From: Octopus sinensis
Taxonomy: Eukaryota
Length of the DNA: 64,000 bases
Direction of reading: 5' to 3'
NCBI RefSeq assembly: GCF_006345805.1
Contig: NC_043018.1
Location: 29,946,001-30,010,000, forward strand
The translations under genes and the position numbers were made by a program. The notes beneath the pieces were generated by a model that made no database searches, was not told the DNA's origin, and was given only the letters and a program-made list of their open reading frames with translations. Positions 53,256 to 64,000 of the stretch are shown in pieces (positions within the stretch are counted from its first letter, which is position 1; each line of letters opens with the position of its first letter).

Positions 53256-54326
53256 GAAAATGTCGGCCAAAATCCAAGATGGCGTCCAACATTAAAAACT
53301 AATAATTGCTATGAACAGGAAATAGTTTTTTATGCAATATTTTACACAAACAGCTTTACATTTTCCTTTTGAAGGATATTTTCTACCTTCTTCACTCATT
53401 CAGGTTATACAGGTTTTATCATCAATCAAATGCATGGACAGGCACAAAGCGAAGCACAATGAAGAGGTGTTTTCTTTCATGTGCAACGTTCTGCACACTG
53501 TTTTGCATTGGCACTTTTTAAGTGCTTGGCGTTGTTCTACTATGGTTCTTTGTTCAATCCAGTGAACAGTGAAAGCGCCATCGTCATTATTTTTCTACCT
53601 CCAGATGATTGGTGATGGCAGTGCTGCCTTCGCCAGGAAGGCCTAGCCTCATATGTGCTCCGTCTGATATACAGCTCTCCCTGATATACATAACCTGAAT
53701 TAGTGAAGAAGTTAGTAGAAAAATCCTCCAAAAGGTAAATGTAAGGCTATTTGTGTAAAATATATATTTCTTTATATATATATTTGTGTAAAATATAAAT
53801 TCCTTTATATACCAGAAACGACGACCAGAAACCAACTACACTTTATTGCCCACAAGGAGCTAAACATAGAGGGTCAAACAAGGATAGACAAAGGGATTAA
53901 GTACGTAAATGGTACTTAATTTATCAACCCCGAAAGGATGAAAGGCAAAGTCGACCTCGGCGGAATTTGAACTCACAACGTAACGGCAGACGAAATACCT
54001 ATTTCTTTACTACCCACAAGGGGCTAAACACAGAGGGGACAAAAAAGGACAGACAAAGGGATTAAGTCGATTACATCGACCCCAGTGCGTAAATGGTACT
54101 TAATTTATCGACCCCGAAAAGATGAAAGGCAAAGTCGACCTCGGCGGAAATTGAACTCAGAACGTAACGGCAGACGAAATACGGCTACGCATTTCGCCCG
54201 GCATGCTAACGTTTCAGCCAGCTCGCCGCCTTAATTTGTGTAAAATATAGTAAAACCTATTTCCTGTTCATCGCAATTATTAATCTTTAATGTTGGACGC
54301 CGTCTTGGATTTGGGCCGCCATTTTC
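53256..54326 (-). mobile_element. Deleted DNA transposon with ~95-bp TIRs and a Cys-rich (CXC-like) coding relic; SINE family 2 dimer nested at ~53835-54232
   Basis: 53256-53350 and 54235-54326 are inverted (CCAAGA[T/C]GGCGTCCAACATTAAA...); minus frame RAVYQ.EHI*G*A.L..ALPSP.IW...W...LKKCQCK..C. Confidence 0.6.
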
Positions 54327-54709
54327 GATTTTCTATAATGAAGGTAAAGTAGTAGAACGAAACATAAAGTGTAGCTGGTTTCTGGTCGTCTCAACTTCTG
54401 TTGTGCCACTGGTTTTATTGATGAATGCACAGAAATGCTGAGCAACACTTTATTCACTTAAAGGAACTTCTTGGAATCTCGGAACGTTTGCAGGAAAGTG
54501 GCTTTACTTGGTCACGAACTGACTTCCACCGCACACACACATACACACACACACACACACACACTCACACATACATACATATATATTCATATATATATGT
54601 GTATGTGTGTGTGTGTATGTATGCACATATATATGTGTACGCATATGGACATAGATATACATATAAACGTGTATACATCTATGTATATGTATATACATAT
54701 ATATATATG

Positions 54710-54767
<58 letters not shown>

Positions 54768-55518
54768 TATATATATACATACATACATACATACGTACAT
54801 ACATACATACATACATATGTATGTATGTATGTATGTATATTGTCGTGTATCTTTATGTTGTGCTTGATCAGAGGATTTATATTCGAAACATCTCAGAACA
54901 CGAAGCTAATCATTCAGAAAAACTTTACATGATTTAACTTCGATTATCTGTCAAAATAATTTCAGATTCCTTAATCTGTCAATAGATTTCAGAAAGCGAA
55001 ATCATCAAAAACCCATAAATTTTCCGTTCCCTAAAAAAACAAACGATGTAATATTTTTATCATCATCATCATCATCATCATCATCATTATTATTATTATC
55101 ATTGTATTTGGTGTTGTTTCTTTTGTAATATGCAAAAGACAAAAAATAAAGTTTTTGATGAATCGATTAACAAGTTGATGTAAACGTTATATCGATCATT
55201 CTATCCACCCGCCCTCAACCGAAAAAAAATGATCAAACTGCATTCAAAAGACGATGATAATTAGTAATGTTTTACAATGTAGAAGAGGTATATATTGATT
55301 AATTAAATCATTTATTGATTTCTCGATTGATTTTAATTGATAAACCCACCACCCATCTCTACTGGAAGGATAAAAAGCCTGTGTTGATCTCGGTGGTATT
55401 TGAAATCAGAATGTAAAACCATCGCTAGCGAAATTAGCCAAGCATTTCGTCTGAGGTTCTGAGTTTCTGCTATGGAAACTAGCGTTTATTGATTCCTTGG
55501 ATCTGGGTTCAATTTGTC

Positions 55519-56525
55519 ACAAGATCACAGTGGAATACTTTTTTTTTCTTTCGTGTATGAGACAGTGCTGCTGAAACTGCAACCGCTGCTGCTTCAAACA
55601 CGTCTAATTGGCTACGGTTATTTCGTTCAGTACGAATGGAACTGCGAGATTAGAGGAACGGTTTGAGCGCTCGCTCGATAGGACGGTGGTGCCAGGCTGC
55701 TTCTGAAGGAAAATAGTTGAATGCCTTAAAGCTGGAACCGTAAAAGTATCACAACCCTCAGGTGCATGTCTTAGTTCGGTGCATGCCGTCCGCCCGCTAA
55801 GCACTCACCGTGAGCGAGGGCAGCTAGCGGCGGCAAGCAGCGGCGGCAGAATTGTTACAGTAGGGCGTTGCTTCGTCACCGTCTTCTCCCGGTATATTAG
55901 AAGAGACCGTGAAGGAAAGGATCGCTTGCATGCAACACGACGAGCCGTTCGGAGTGACGCGCTTTGTATGGCAGCTACAAAAATACGATCTATTAAGTTT
56001 TTCCTTGTGAACAATGAACCCTAAACTGATCCCCCAAAGGATCACTTGACTAATTGCCAAGGAACTACTCAGCAACATTCCACACTCTCACCCCACCCCG
56101 CACCTGACCCGCAGATACGCTGTCTTTCCTCTCTGTCTTTTCTGCCGCCAGTTTTTGTAACATAAGCTCCTTGCAGCTGGCCAATCATTCGATGCCCTCA
56201 CTTACCCCCTCTCTCCTGTTTTTCCATACTATCTTGCTCCTATCCGCTTCGCAGAGCCCCATACTAACGCCCTTTTTTTTACAGTCCTTACATTTGAGAA
56301 GTTATTGTGCTGAAATTCTTTCCCTGTTAAAATTGTATCTCTAACCCTCAACTCAGTTTTCATCGGTGCGAAGATCAGTAACACCGCGTAAGTTTTATAA
56401 ATCTTGAGTTGGTCCCTCCACGACAAATTATCAAAAGGGATAACAAGATCACAGTGGAATACTATTTTTCTTTCGAGTATGAGACAGTGCTACTGAAACT
56501 GCAACAGTTGCTGCTTCAAATACGT
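55519..56525. repeat. ~920-bp CpG-rich unit bounded by ~85-bp direct repeats (55519-55603, 56443-56525)
   Basis: ACAAGATCACAGTGGAATAC...GAGACAGTGCT.CTGAAACTGCAAC..GCTTCAAA.ACGT seen twice, about 90% similar by eye. Confidence 0.75.
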
Positions 56526-57109
56526 TCTTTAAAGACAGTTCTTTAAAATTCCAATCAACAAAAACTGGATCTTAATGGCGATGTGTTGGGGAGCGAAAGA
56601 CGTTGTGTAATAAGAATTTGCGTACATTTCTCTGAAATTGGGTTTCTTTGGTGAAGCTAATCCCTCTCACTGATTGAAGGAATTTAAATGAGTTTGAACT
56701 TACTACAAGACCCGTAGTTTTGGGGGAAGGGGCAAGTTGATTACATATATTTCAGAGCTTAACTGATGCTTATTTTATTGATCCGAAAGGATGGAAGGCA
56801 AAGTCTACCTCGACGGAATTTGAATTCAGAACGTAAAGAACCGGAAGAAATATTACCACATATTTTGTCCGACATGCTTGTGATTCTGTTAGCTCTAGGC
56901 TTTTAGATAAATTTAAATAATGACGTTGTAAATTATTATCTCTACACAAAGCACAAATAGTAAAGCGAAAATAGTTTATATTTTAATCGAAAAATTAATC
57001 GTTGAGGAAAAAATAATTACTGTTAATGATGTAGAAAACTCATTTTAATGAAGCTATACAATGCGGTAGTATTAATTTGAAGTTTGTCCAGGTGACAACT
57101 TTAGACCAT

Positions 57110-57338
57110 GGCGAGCTGGCTGAAACGCTAGCACGCCGGGTGAAATGCTTAGCAGTATTTCGTCTGCCGCTACGTTCTGAGTTCAAATTCCGCCGAGGTC
57201 GACTTTGCCTTTCATCCTTTCGGGGTCGATTAAATAAGTACCAGTTACGTACTGGGGTCGATGTAATCGACTTAATCTGCTTGTCTGTCCTTTTTTGTCC
57301 TCTCTGTGTTTAGCCCCTTGTGGGTAGTAAAGAAATAG
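57110..57338 (+). mobile_element. SINE family 2, full-length
   Basis: GGCGAGCTGGC.GAAACG.TAGCACGCCGG ... GTGGGTAGTAAAGAAATAG. Confidence 0.88.
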
Positions 57339-57779
57339 ATTCTCGTCAGCCAATCATATGATTCAAAGGCTTACTAAGAACTTACTGAGATAAATAGAAG
57401 TATTTTGCATAAAGAACTGTTACTGATTATGAAAATAAAATAACGGTTTCTTAACATACGTACTAGGCTAAGAATCTTGAGAGGGGCTTAAGCGATACTA
57501 TCGGCGCCACTATCTGAAGATGTTTCAAGGGCGGTTTAAACACCACAAATCGATGTGTGACTATAAGTATTGAAATTTAATTAGTTCAAATTAAGCTAAT
57601 AGCAATTGCAGTTTTTCGATACATTAGTAAGTTACTAGCGGGGATTGACGCATAAATGATAGAGACTATAAGCAATGGAATAGTTCAAACGATGTTGAAA
57701 ACCATGTGGGAAATAAATACAGAGTGTTTCATTACTTCTTGCAAACCAGTGAGCCATTCGATCAGGAGTTGCTATAACA

Positions 57780-58230
57780 TTCCAATGCTTCAGTAAATAC
57801 TTATTAACGTTGCAACATTTGATGAAGAACTCTGATCTGCTACTTGAAAGTAGACTTATTAAGACTGCAAAACATGAAACTCTTTTCAGTTATGCATAAC
57901 CTGCAACTTTGCGTACCATTTCTATATAGCTTGTATGTCTCGGGGAACTTCCATTTAATGTTGATGGTGGTAGCTTGTTATTTCAAATTCTAGATTTAAC
58001 TGGTTTCTTTCAGTTTTCCTCTATTTTATATTTCTGAGGTCGAAATTATCGCCTAAGTTTCATTGTTTAAATTTACCAGTTATCAAAGGGGCAAAGTAAT
58101 TACGCGGAATATATAGATTTGGTTTGCTTCCGTTTCATCCAGTTTGGTTTTGTGGAGGTAACCCCTATCTGGTAGATAATTTCTTCAATTGTGAATAGTT
58201 AAGCGTAGTCGTACTGGGATGTCTACATGC
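57780..58230 (-). pseudogene. Decayed Penelope-like element GIY-YIG endonuclease C-terminus
   Basis: EEIIYQ..VT, then NIKWKF.ETY..Y.NGT.SCRLC.TEK..M...LNK/(frameshift)RSEF..KC...NKYLLK, matching the I.W..Y..C.LC..EK..LN.RSE...C pattern of Penelope-like ORF ends. Confidence 0.6.
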
Positions 58231-58834
58231 AGAGTTTAACTACTGTTGATTCGGTTGATCTGATTGTTGATTTTCCCTTATCGATGGTACTGTTGTAAAA
58301 TATCTTGTGTGTTTGCATATCTACAAACACACATGAATGTGTGTGTGTGTTCGTGTGTGTATGTGTGATAGAAAGACAGAGAGCAAGAGAGAGGGAGAAG
58401 GAAGAGAATATGAGAGAAAATAATGAGGGAGGAGAAAAGAGTTGCGGGGATAGATAGGATGACTGATAGATTTAAAATGTTAAGTTCGCGTATTCCGGAA
58501 ATGGTGTTTTTATGTCCGGAACTGAAATATTTCTGTCAGATTTTAGTCTAAAGTTGTAAAATGGGATAAACATAACACTTGATAACTGGCATTAATGACA
58601 AAATTTTCTCTTTAATAACAAAATAACTTTTAATTATCTATTGCAACATTTACTTTCATTGAATAAATATTGATTATATGTGAGTGTGTGTCTGTGTGTG
58701 TGTACGCGCGTGTTTGTATGTGTGAGTGTATGTGTATGAGTATGGTTCCTTCTGTTTGTGTCTGCTGGACTTTCAGACGCTTTTGCTTCCTAATACACAC
58801 ACAGCTATCTGTCAATCTCTCTACCTGCCTGCCT

Positions 58835-58863
58835 ATCCATCTATCTATCTATCTATCTATCTA

Positions 58864-58907
<44 letters not shown>
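58835..58907. repeat. (TATC)n at the 5' junction of copy C
   Basis: Directly visible. Confidence 0.95.
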
Positions 58908-59103
58908 GGACGTGCTGTCACTTCGGCTCCGAAGGTAATCGTTTATTTTGACTATTTATAGCCCATATTTTGTGTACATTTTTGTAAATAAGTTGTGTAA
59001 GGCACCCAACTTTCGTTTGAGTGCTTTTCCAAGGGAGGAATTCGCCCCTAGGGGCAATTTCAACCCCATTCCATTTCTGTAATTTTCTTCTCAACATTAG
59101 AAA

Positions 59104-60979
59104 ATGTCGAGAAATTGTATTGTAGAACGCTGGTCGCGTTCCTTTATCGACCAACATTTTCCTAGTTTGGAAACGCTAGGAGAAGAAAAAAAGAACTCAT
59201 GCACGCAAAGTGCAAACATGAATAACGGTCGAATGAACGCTGCAACCACGTGCGGTAACAGCCCTGTCACCACCGCCACCACCACCACTAACAACAGCAA
59301 CCACGAGACTACTACTGCTACCACCACCACCTCCACCACCAACACCACCACCACCACCACCACCACCATGACCAACATAAATGATAAAAATAAAACTCAC
59401 ACGAAAACTATTGACAAAAACAACAACAACAACAAGAACAACAATAAAAATGAACTATCTAATAGTGAAGATGTTAATATAACAGAATTAACAAACCAAC
59501 AAATTTCGCTGACACTCTGCGTCAGAAGAAACAGATTATACATTTCACGAACGAAGAACTTTTAGAAACAAGATCTCTCTTTACAACCAGAGGGCAAGAT
59601 TTACTGCTACATACACCTCAACACATAAAGCAAGAAATAGAAAATAAGACAATTATTTATAAAATTATAAGAATAAACAAAAAACTAAATGAACAGATTA
59701 CAAAAACGGATGTAGAAAAATGTTTAAAAAACATAATGAAAAAAAAGAATACATAAACTGGGGTCCCCAGTTTCACACAGTAGTGGTCCGCTTCCCTAAC
59801 CAGGAAGATGCAAAAGCTCACTCTACTGAGTCTTTGGAAAATGATGATATCATCATGGTCCCATACTACAAAAATCAGAGAGTGAGTTGAATCACTATGT
59901 ACCCCCGATATTCCTAACAAATGGATAACAGGGGCAATCTGTTATCATTTGAAAACTATCAATATTTTGGAAACCGCCGTGTACCGAAACGACAATTGGG
60001 GTGGGAAAACTATAGTGGTGACCATACAGATTGAAGGGGCCTCTATCGAGAGCCTACCGGATAAGATCCACTTGGAAAATGGGCAAAGCCTATATATTAT
60101 AGCAGAAGGCAAAAACCTAGATGCTACAACTGTGGCAGCCCCGAACATTTCATTGCCAAGTGCGCTCTGGTACAGAAAAAACAAGAAAGAACAAATCAGA
60201 AAACAAATAAAAAACCCTTGTTGCCAACACCAACACCAACACACTCAATTATGGAACAATGCCAAGAAAAACAACAAACCAGCAAACAAACCCCAACAAC
60301 ATCACCAAGAAACGAAACAGTACCAACACAATCACCGTTGACGTCACAACCAATTCAACATGTTGAATCAACAGAAAATAGACCAACACCCACACCGAGG
60401 ACGACAATTAAAAAGACAGAAAACAGTGACGAGAAGACAAATTCTACCCCTAACACCACAACAACACAAACACCGCACAAAACATCAACAATTTTTACAA
60501 GCATATATATTTATGCAAATGCTTTGCCTTTACCTTCTACTGATACGTCGGACGACGAAAGTTCGACGGAATGGCAAATAGCCACAGGGGGTAAAAGGAA
60601 AAGATCCAAAAAATCCACCAAACAAGGAAGTAAAGCAGGGAGATATCTAACTCCGGACAACATCCCCCTAGACAATCAAAAAAGCAATGAACCCGTAAAA
60701 CCACACCCACAACTAACTGCAATAGACACAGACAATAAAGAATTAATGGACTACATCACATACAACACGGTCATCTGTGAAGATGACTTTAAGACAAACA
60801 ATCATCCGCACACCACACCACCGAAACACATCAGAATTTTACACATAACACAAGCACAACACCACATACTGAAAACAATATTTCCGAATGCGGTAGGCGG
60901 GTTTCAACGATACCTGTCGAAAAAACTATACAAACACCTCATCAAAAACAATACAAAAGAAGAAGAAGTAAAAAATTAA
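59104..60979 (+). pseudogene. Copy C ORF1, several small deletions
   Basis: Pieces 59104-59565, 59949-60341 and 60218-60979 align to B ORF1. Confidence 0.85.
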
Positions 60980-61057
60980 ACTTTTAAAATGAGTAAGTGA
61001 CCTCCCCTCTTGCCTCTTGTCTCTTCTAATGTAGTGTGTAAAACACAATTTTCGTAA

Positions 61058-64000
61058 ATGTCAAGTATGCTTAAATTAGGTTGTGTGAATGCGCGTGGCT
61101 TGGCGTCGGCTTGGAAGCAAGGTTACCTTCTAAACAACATCAAGTCACTGAACATGGATATAGTAGCTATCAGTGAAACCAGACTCAGTAAGCCGCGGGC
61201 CCTCGAGTCCATGTTTGGCAATCAATTTGACATTTATTTTTCTCCCTGTCTGCCGAACATGGGTGGTGGAGGTACCGCGGTGCTTTTTCGAAAGAGTCTA
61301 AATGTAAAAGTAAGAGCAATATTCCTAGACCCGGAGGGTAGGCTGGTTTTTTTGGACGTGGATGGCAGAAATGGGTGTGCATTCCGTCTGATGGCAGTTT
61401 ATGCACCGTCCTTAACGGGTCGGGCGGATTTCTTCAGACGTCTAGAGGTTTTCCTGGGTACGTCTAGACATTTACTATTAGTAGGGGATTGGAACGCTAC
61501 CTTGGACACGCATCTAGATTATGTGGGAAGGGATAGGAATAGAAGGGGATGTAAGAGCCTCAAAGACCTGCTCAGACGTTTCCATTTGTCTGACAGGTTC
61601 CGACTCGACCATCCGAACGTGCCAACGTGGACTTGGACAAACCGCGTCGGATCGTCGAGATCTTATCTAGATAGAATTCTATGCAGGACAGCGGATAGGG
61701 ATAGTGTAGGATGTCCACAATTTAAAATAGTCAACTACACAGATCACAAATTTGTTACGTGTACGCTCGACTTAGATAAAACACATAGGCAGGGTCCCGG
61801 TTACTGGAAACTGAACACGTCGCTGTTAGCGCGACAGGTTTACAGGAACCGGATTAGCGAGTTAATTAAGAGGGCGCTGACGAGAGCCGTCGTTAATAAC
61901 CGCTGGTGGTACGCCCTGAAAATGGCAATAAAATCGGAATCAATTAGGTTTAGCAAGGAATTAGCGATAGAACGAAATAGAGTAGAGGGAGACTTGGTTA
62001 AGAAACTAGAAGAGGCACTTACCACTGGCAGCGCAACCAACGTGCTGGCTGCGAGGATGGCCCTCGACCAACACCTCAACGCCAAGCACGAAGGTTGCGT
62101 CGTCAGAGCTAAAATGCGTGCCTTAAGGAACGAAGGGATCGAAGCCGCGCGAGAGGCCCGGGTAGCGGAGGCGCAGCGTGGCAACAGAGCCACCATTCGG
62201 TCTCTAATAGATCAACAGAGATGCAGTTTACTCGAACCCGAAAGGATGTGTGAGGCCTTTCAACAGCACTTTGCTCGATTGTTTGGTGCGAGTGGTGGGT
62301 CGGAACGCGGGATGGATTTCAGTACCTACCTGACCGACCTGCCGCGGCTCTCGGCAAAAGAAGCGGAGTGTTGTGAAAGTCCCATCACAGCCGCTGACAT
62401 GTGGGATGCGATGGCGGGCTGCGCGAGGGATAAGTCGCCTGGATTGGATGGTTTACCCTACGAGCTGTATTGTCAAATGCCAGACTTGTTTGGCGACCTC
62501 TTGGCATCAGTCTACTGCAACTAGCAACAAAACGGGAGAATCCCCGGTTTCGTGAGCCGAGGTGCAGTGACGTTGCTGAAGAAAGACCCAAACAAGGGGA
62601 ATTTTATAGATAATTTCAGGCCCATCACTCTGCTCAACGCAGATTTGAAAATGTTGGCCAAAGTAATAGCCGAGAGGTTGGCGCTTGTCATTGGTAAACT
62701 GGTCGACAGGGCGCAAACATGCGCCGTGCCGGGCAAAACCATACATGACAACCTCCATCTGATGCGCTACATTGTGGACAGGGTAGTTAAGGATCCTGAC
62801 ATGGGTGGGGCGCTGATAAATTTGGATCAGTCTAAAGCCTTCGATAGGGTCGACCATCGGTACTTGGCGGCCGTCCTCAGGGCGGCTGGCTTCGGTCCCG
62901 TCTTCCGCGGTTGGATCGCTGCCTTGTATAGCGGCATCCGATCGGTGATTCGGGTGAACGGTCACCTGTCGAAACCGTTTGACATCACGCGTTCGGTCCG
63001 TCAGGGGTGTCCCCTGTCGGCGCTTCTGTATGTATTGACTCTCGAGCCGCTACTGCGGAAGCTGGCGACACTGAGGGGCATCCCACGGGAACTGGGTTGC
63101 GGGACGAGCGTGTCGGCATATGCGGACGATGTCACCGTCATAGTGACGAGCGACAAACACATCAAGATGATAGGCGAGACACTAAGAAAATACGAAACGG
63201 TGACGGGAGCAAAGATTAACCCGGAAAAGTCAGTGGGTTTGCTACTCGGCACCTGGAGAAGCAAGCCCATGCCGTCCGACTGCGGCTCAGTAGTGGGACG
63301 CTGGACGGACGGACCGGTTAAATTGCTCGGGGTCTGGTTCAGTCCGGACCTCCAAATGGATAAGTACTGGGACGAGATCACGAGTAGAGTGGTCGCTCTC
63401 AGCCAAACATGGGCCGAGAGAAAGCTGTCTCTAAAATGCCGGGCGGAGGTGGCGAACGCGTACATGGCATCCGTCATCGATTACCGCCTGACCGTCGTAC
63501 CTTGTCCCGACGCCACCATCACCAAACTGGAACGCATACTCTTCCGCTTCCTGTGGAAGGGTGGCGTTCCGATGGTGAGGAAGTCCATTTGCTGTCAACA
63601 TCCGTTGTATGGAGGACTGGGCATGCGGTGGTTGATGATGCGCAGGCATGCGCTGAGACTGCGACATCTCTGGAACTTCATCGACGACGGTGAACAGGTG
63701 TGGGCGCCGTTTGTGAGGCGCGACTTCCCGCAGCTCGTCTCACTGACCGAACTGCAAACGTGGATCAAAAAGAGACCGAAACTGGGCGATTGGCACCGAG
63801 AGTGTCGCCAAGCTCTACAGCAGCTCTGCCGACCGGGGTCAAACTTGTGCAACTTACAAACGACTAAAGCGTTCTATAGAGGACTAGTGGAGGGGAGGTC
63901 CGACGACACACTCGGGGCAAACCTGGGCGTCGACGAGGAATTCCTAACCCGCCTGTTCAGGACGACGTTCGGGCCGGGGCCTATGGATAACTTCCAGAAA
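61058..64000 (+). CDS. Copy C ORF2 (APE + RT), open to the window end except for one TAG at 62522-62524
   Basis: 488-aa APE ORF; by manual translation the same frame resumes QQNGRIPG..., includes an intact SAYADDV, and has no further stop to 64000. Confidence 0.75.

Larger units (their letters stand above)
58908..64000 (+). mobile_element. L1/Tx1-clade retrotransposon, copy C (runs off the window end)
   Basis: Same leader, ORF1 and ORF2 as B, in opposite orientation. Confidence 0.95.

Noticed and set aside
57500-57560. CTGAAGA with a TGTTT/AAACA stem near the Penelope relic
   Set aside because: GAAA and cleavage triplet are absent; at best a dead ribozyme
58908-59070. HDV-like 5' ribozyme in the Tx1 leader
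   Set aside because: No downstream complement of GGACGTG (P1) or nested pseudoknot found by eye

Overview
AT-rich, microsatellite-saturated eukaryotic DNA. The SINE families and repeat landscape suggest a coleoid cephalopod, most likely Octopus (inference). I found no convincing host-gene exon; the window is almost entirely mobile DNA. (1) Three 5'-complete copies of an L1/Tx1-clade non-LTR retrotransposon (A 1-3248 minus, B 3783-9678 minus, C 58908-64000+ plus) plus a 90-bp 3' relic, all joined to (TATC)n/(GATA)n microsatellite. B and C share one in-frame TAG between endonuclease and RT, which is the only ORF2 lesion I can see in C. (2) Three families of small (TA)n-embedded, non-coding Penelope/retrozyme-like elements with type I hammerhead ribozyme motifs and loop-less palindromic stem III. 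One has a complete canonical core whose stem II is split by a 59-nt GT-AG intron; removing it creates a UUCG tetraloop. Another sits in a 355-bp near-perfect palindrome and has a compensatory U3-A8 core. (3) A young RTE-type LINE with an open 692-aa RT ORF and 14-bp TSD, RTE/BovB/CR1 3' fragments, mariner and maT relics, Helitron-like elements, a decayed Penelope GIY-YIG fragment and many tRNA-derived SINEs. Alignments, identities and RNA pairings were done by eye; many repeat boundaries are approximate.
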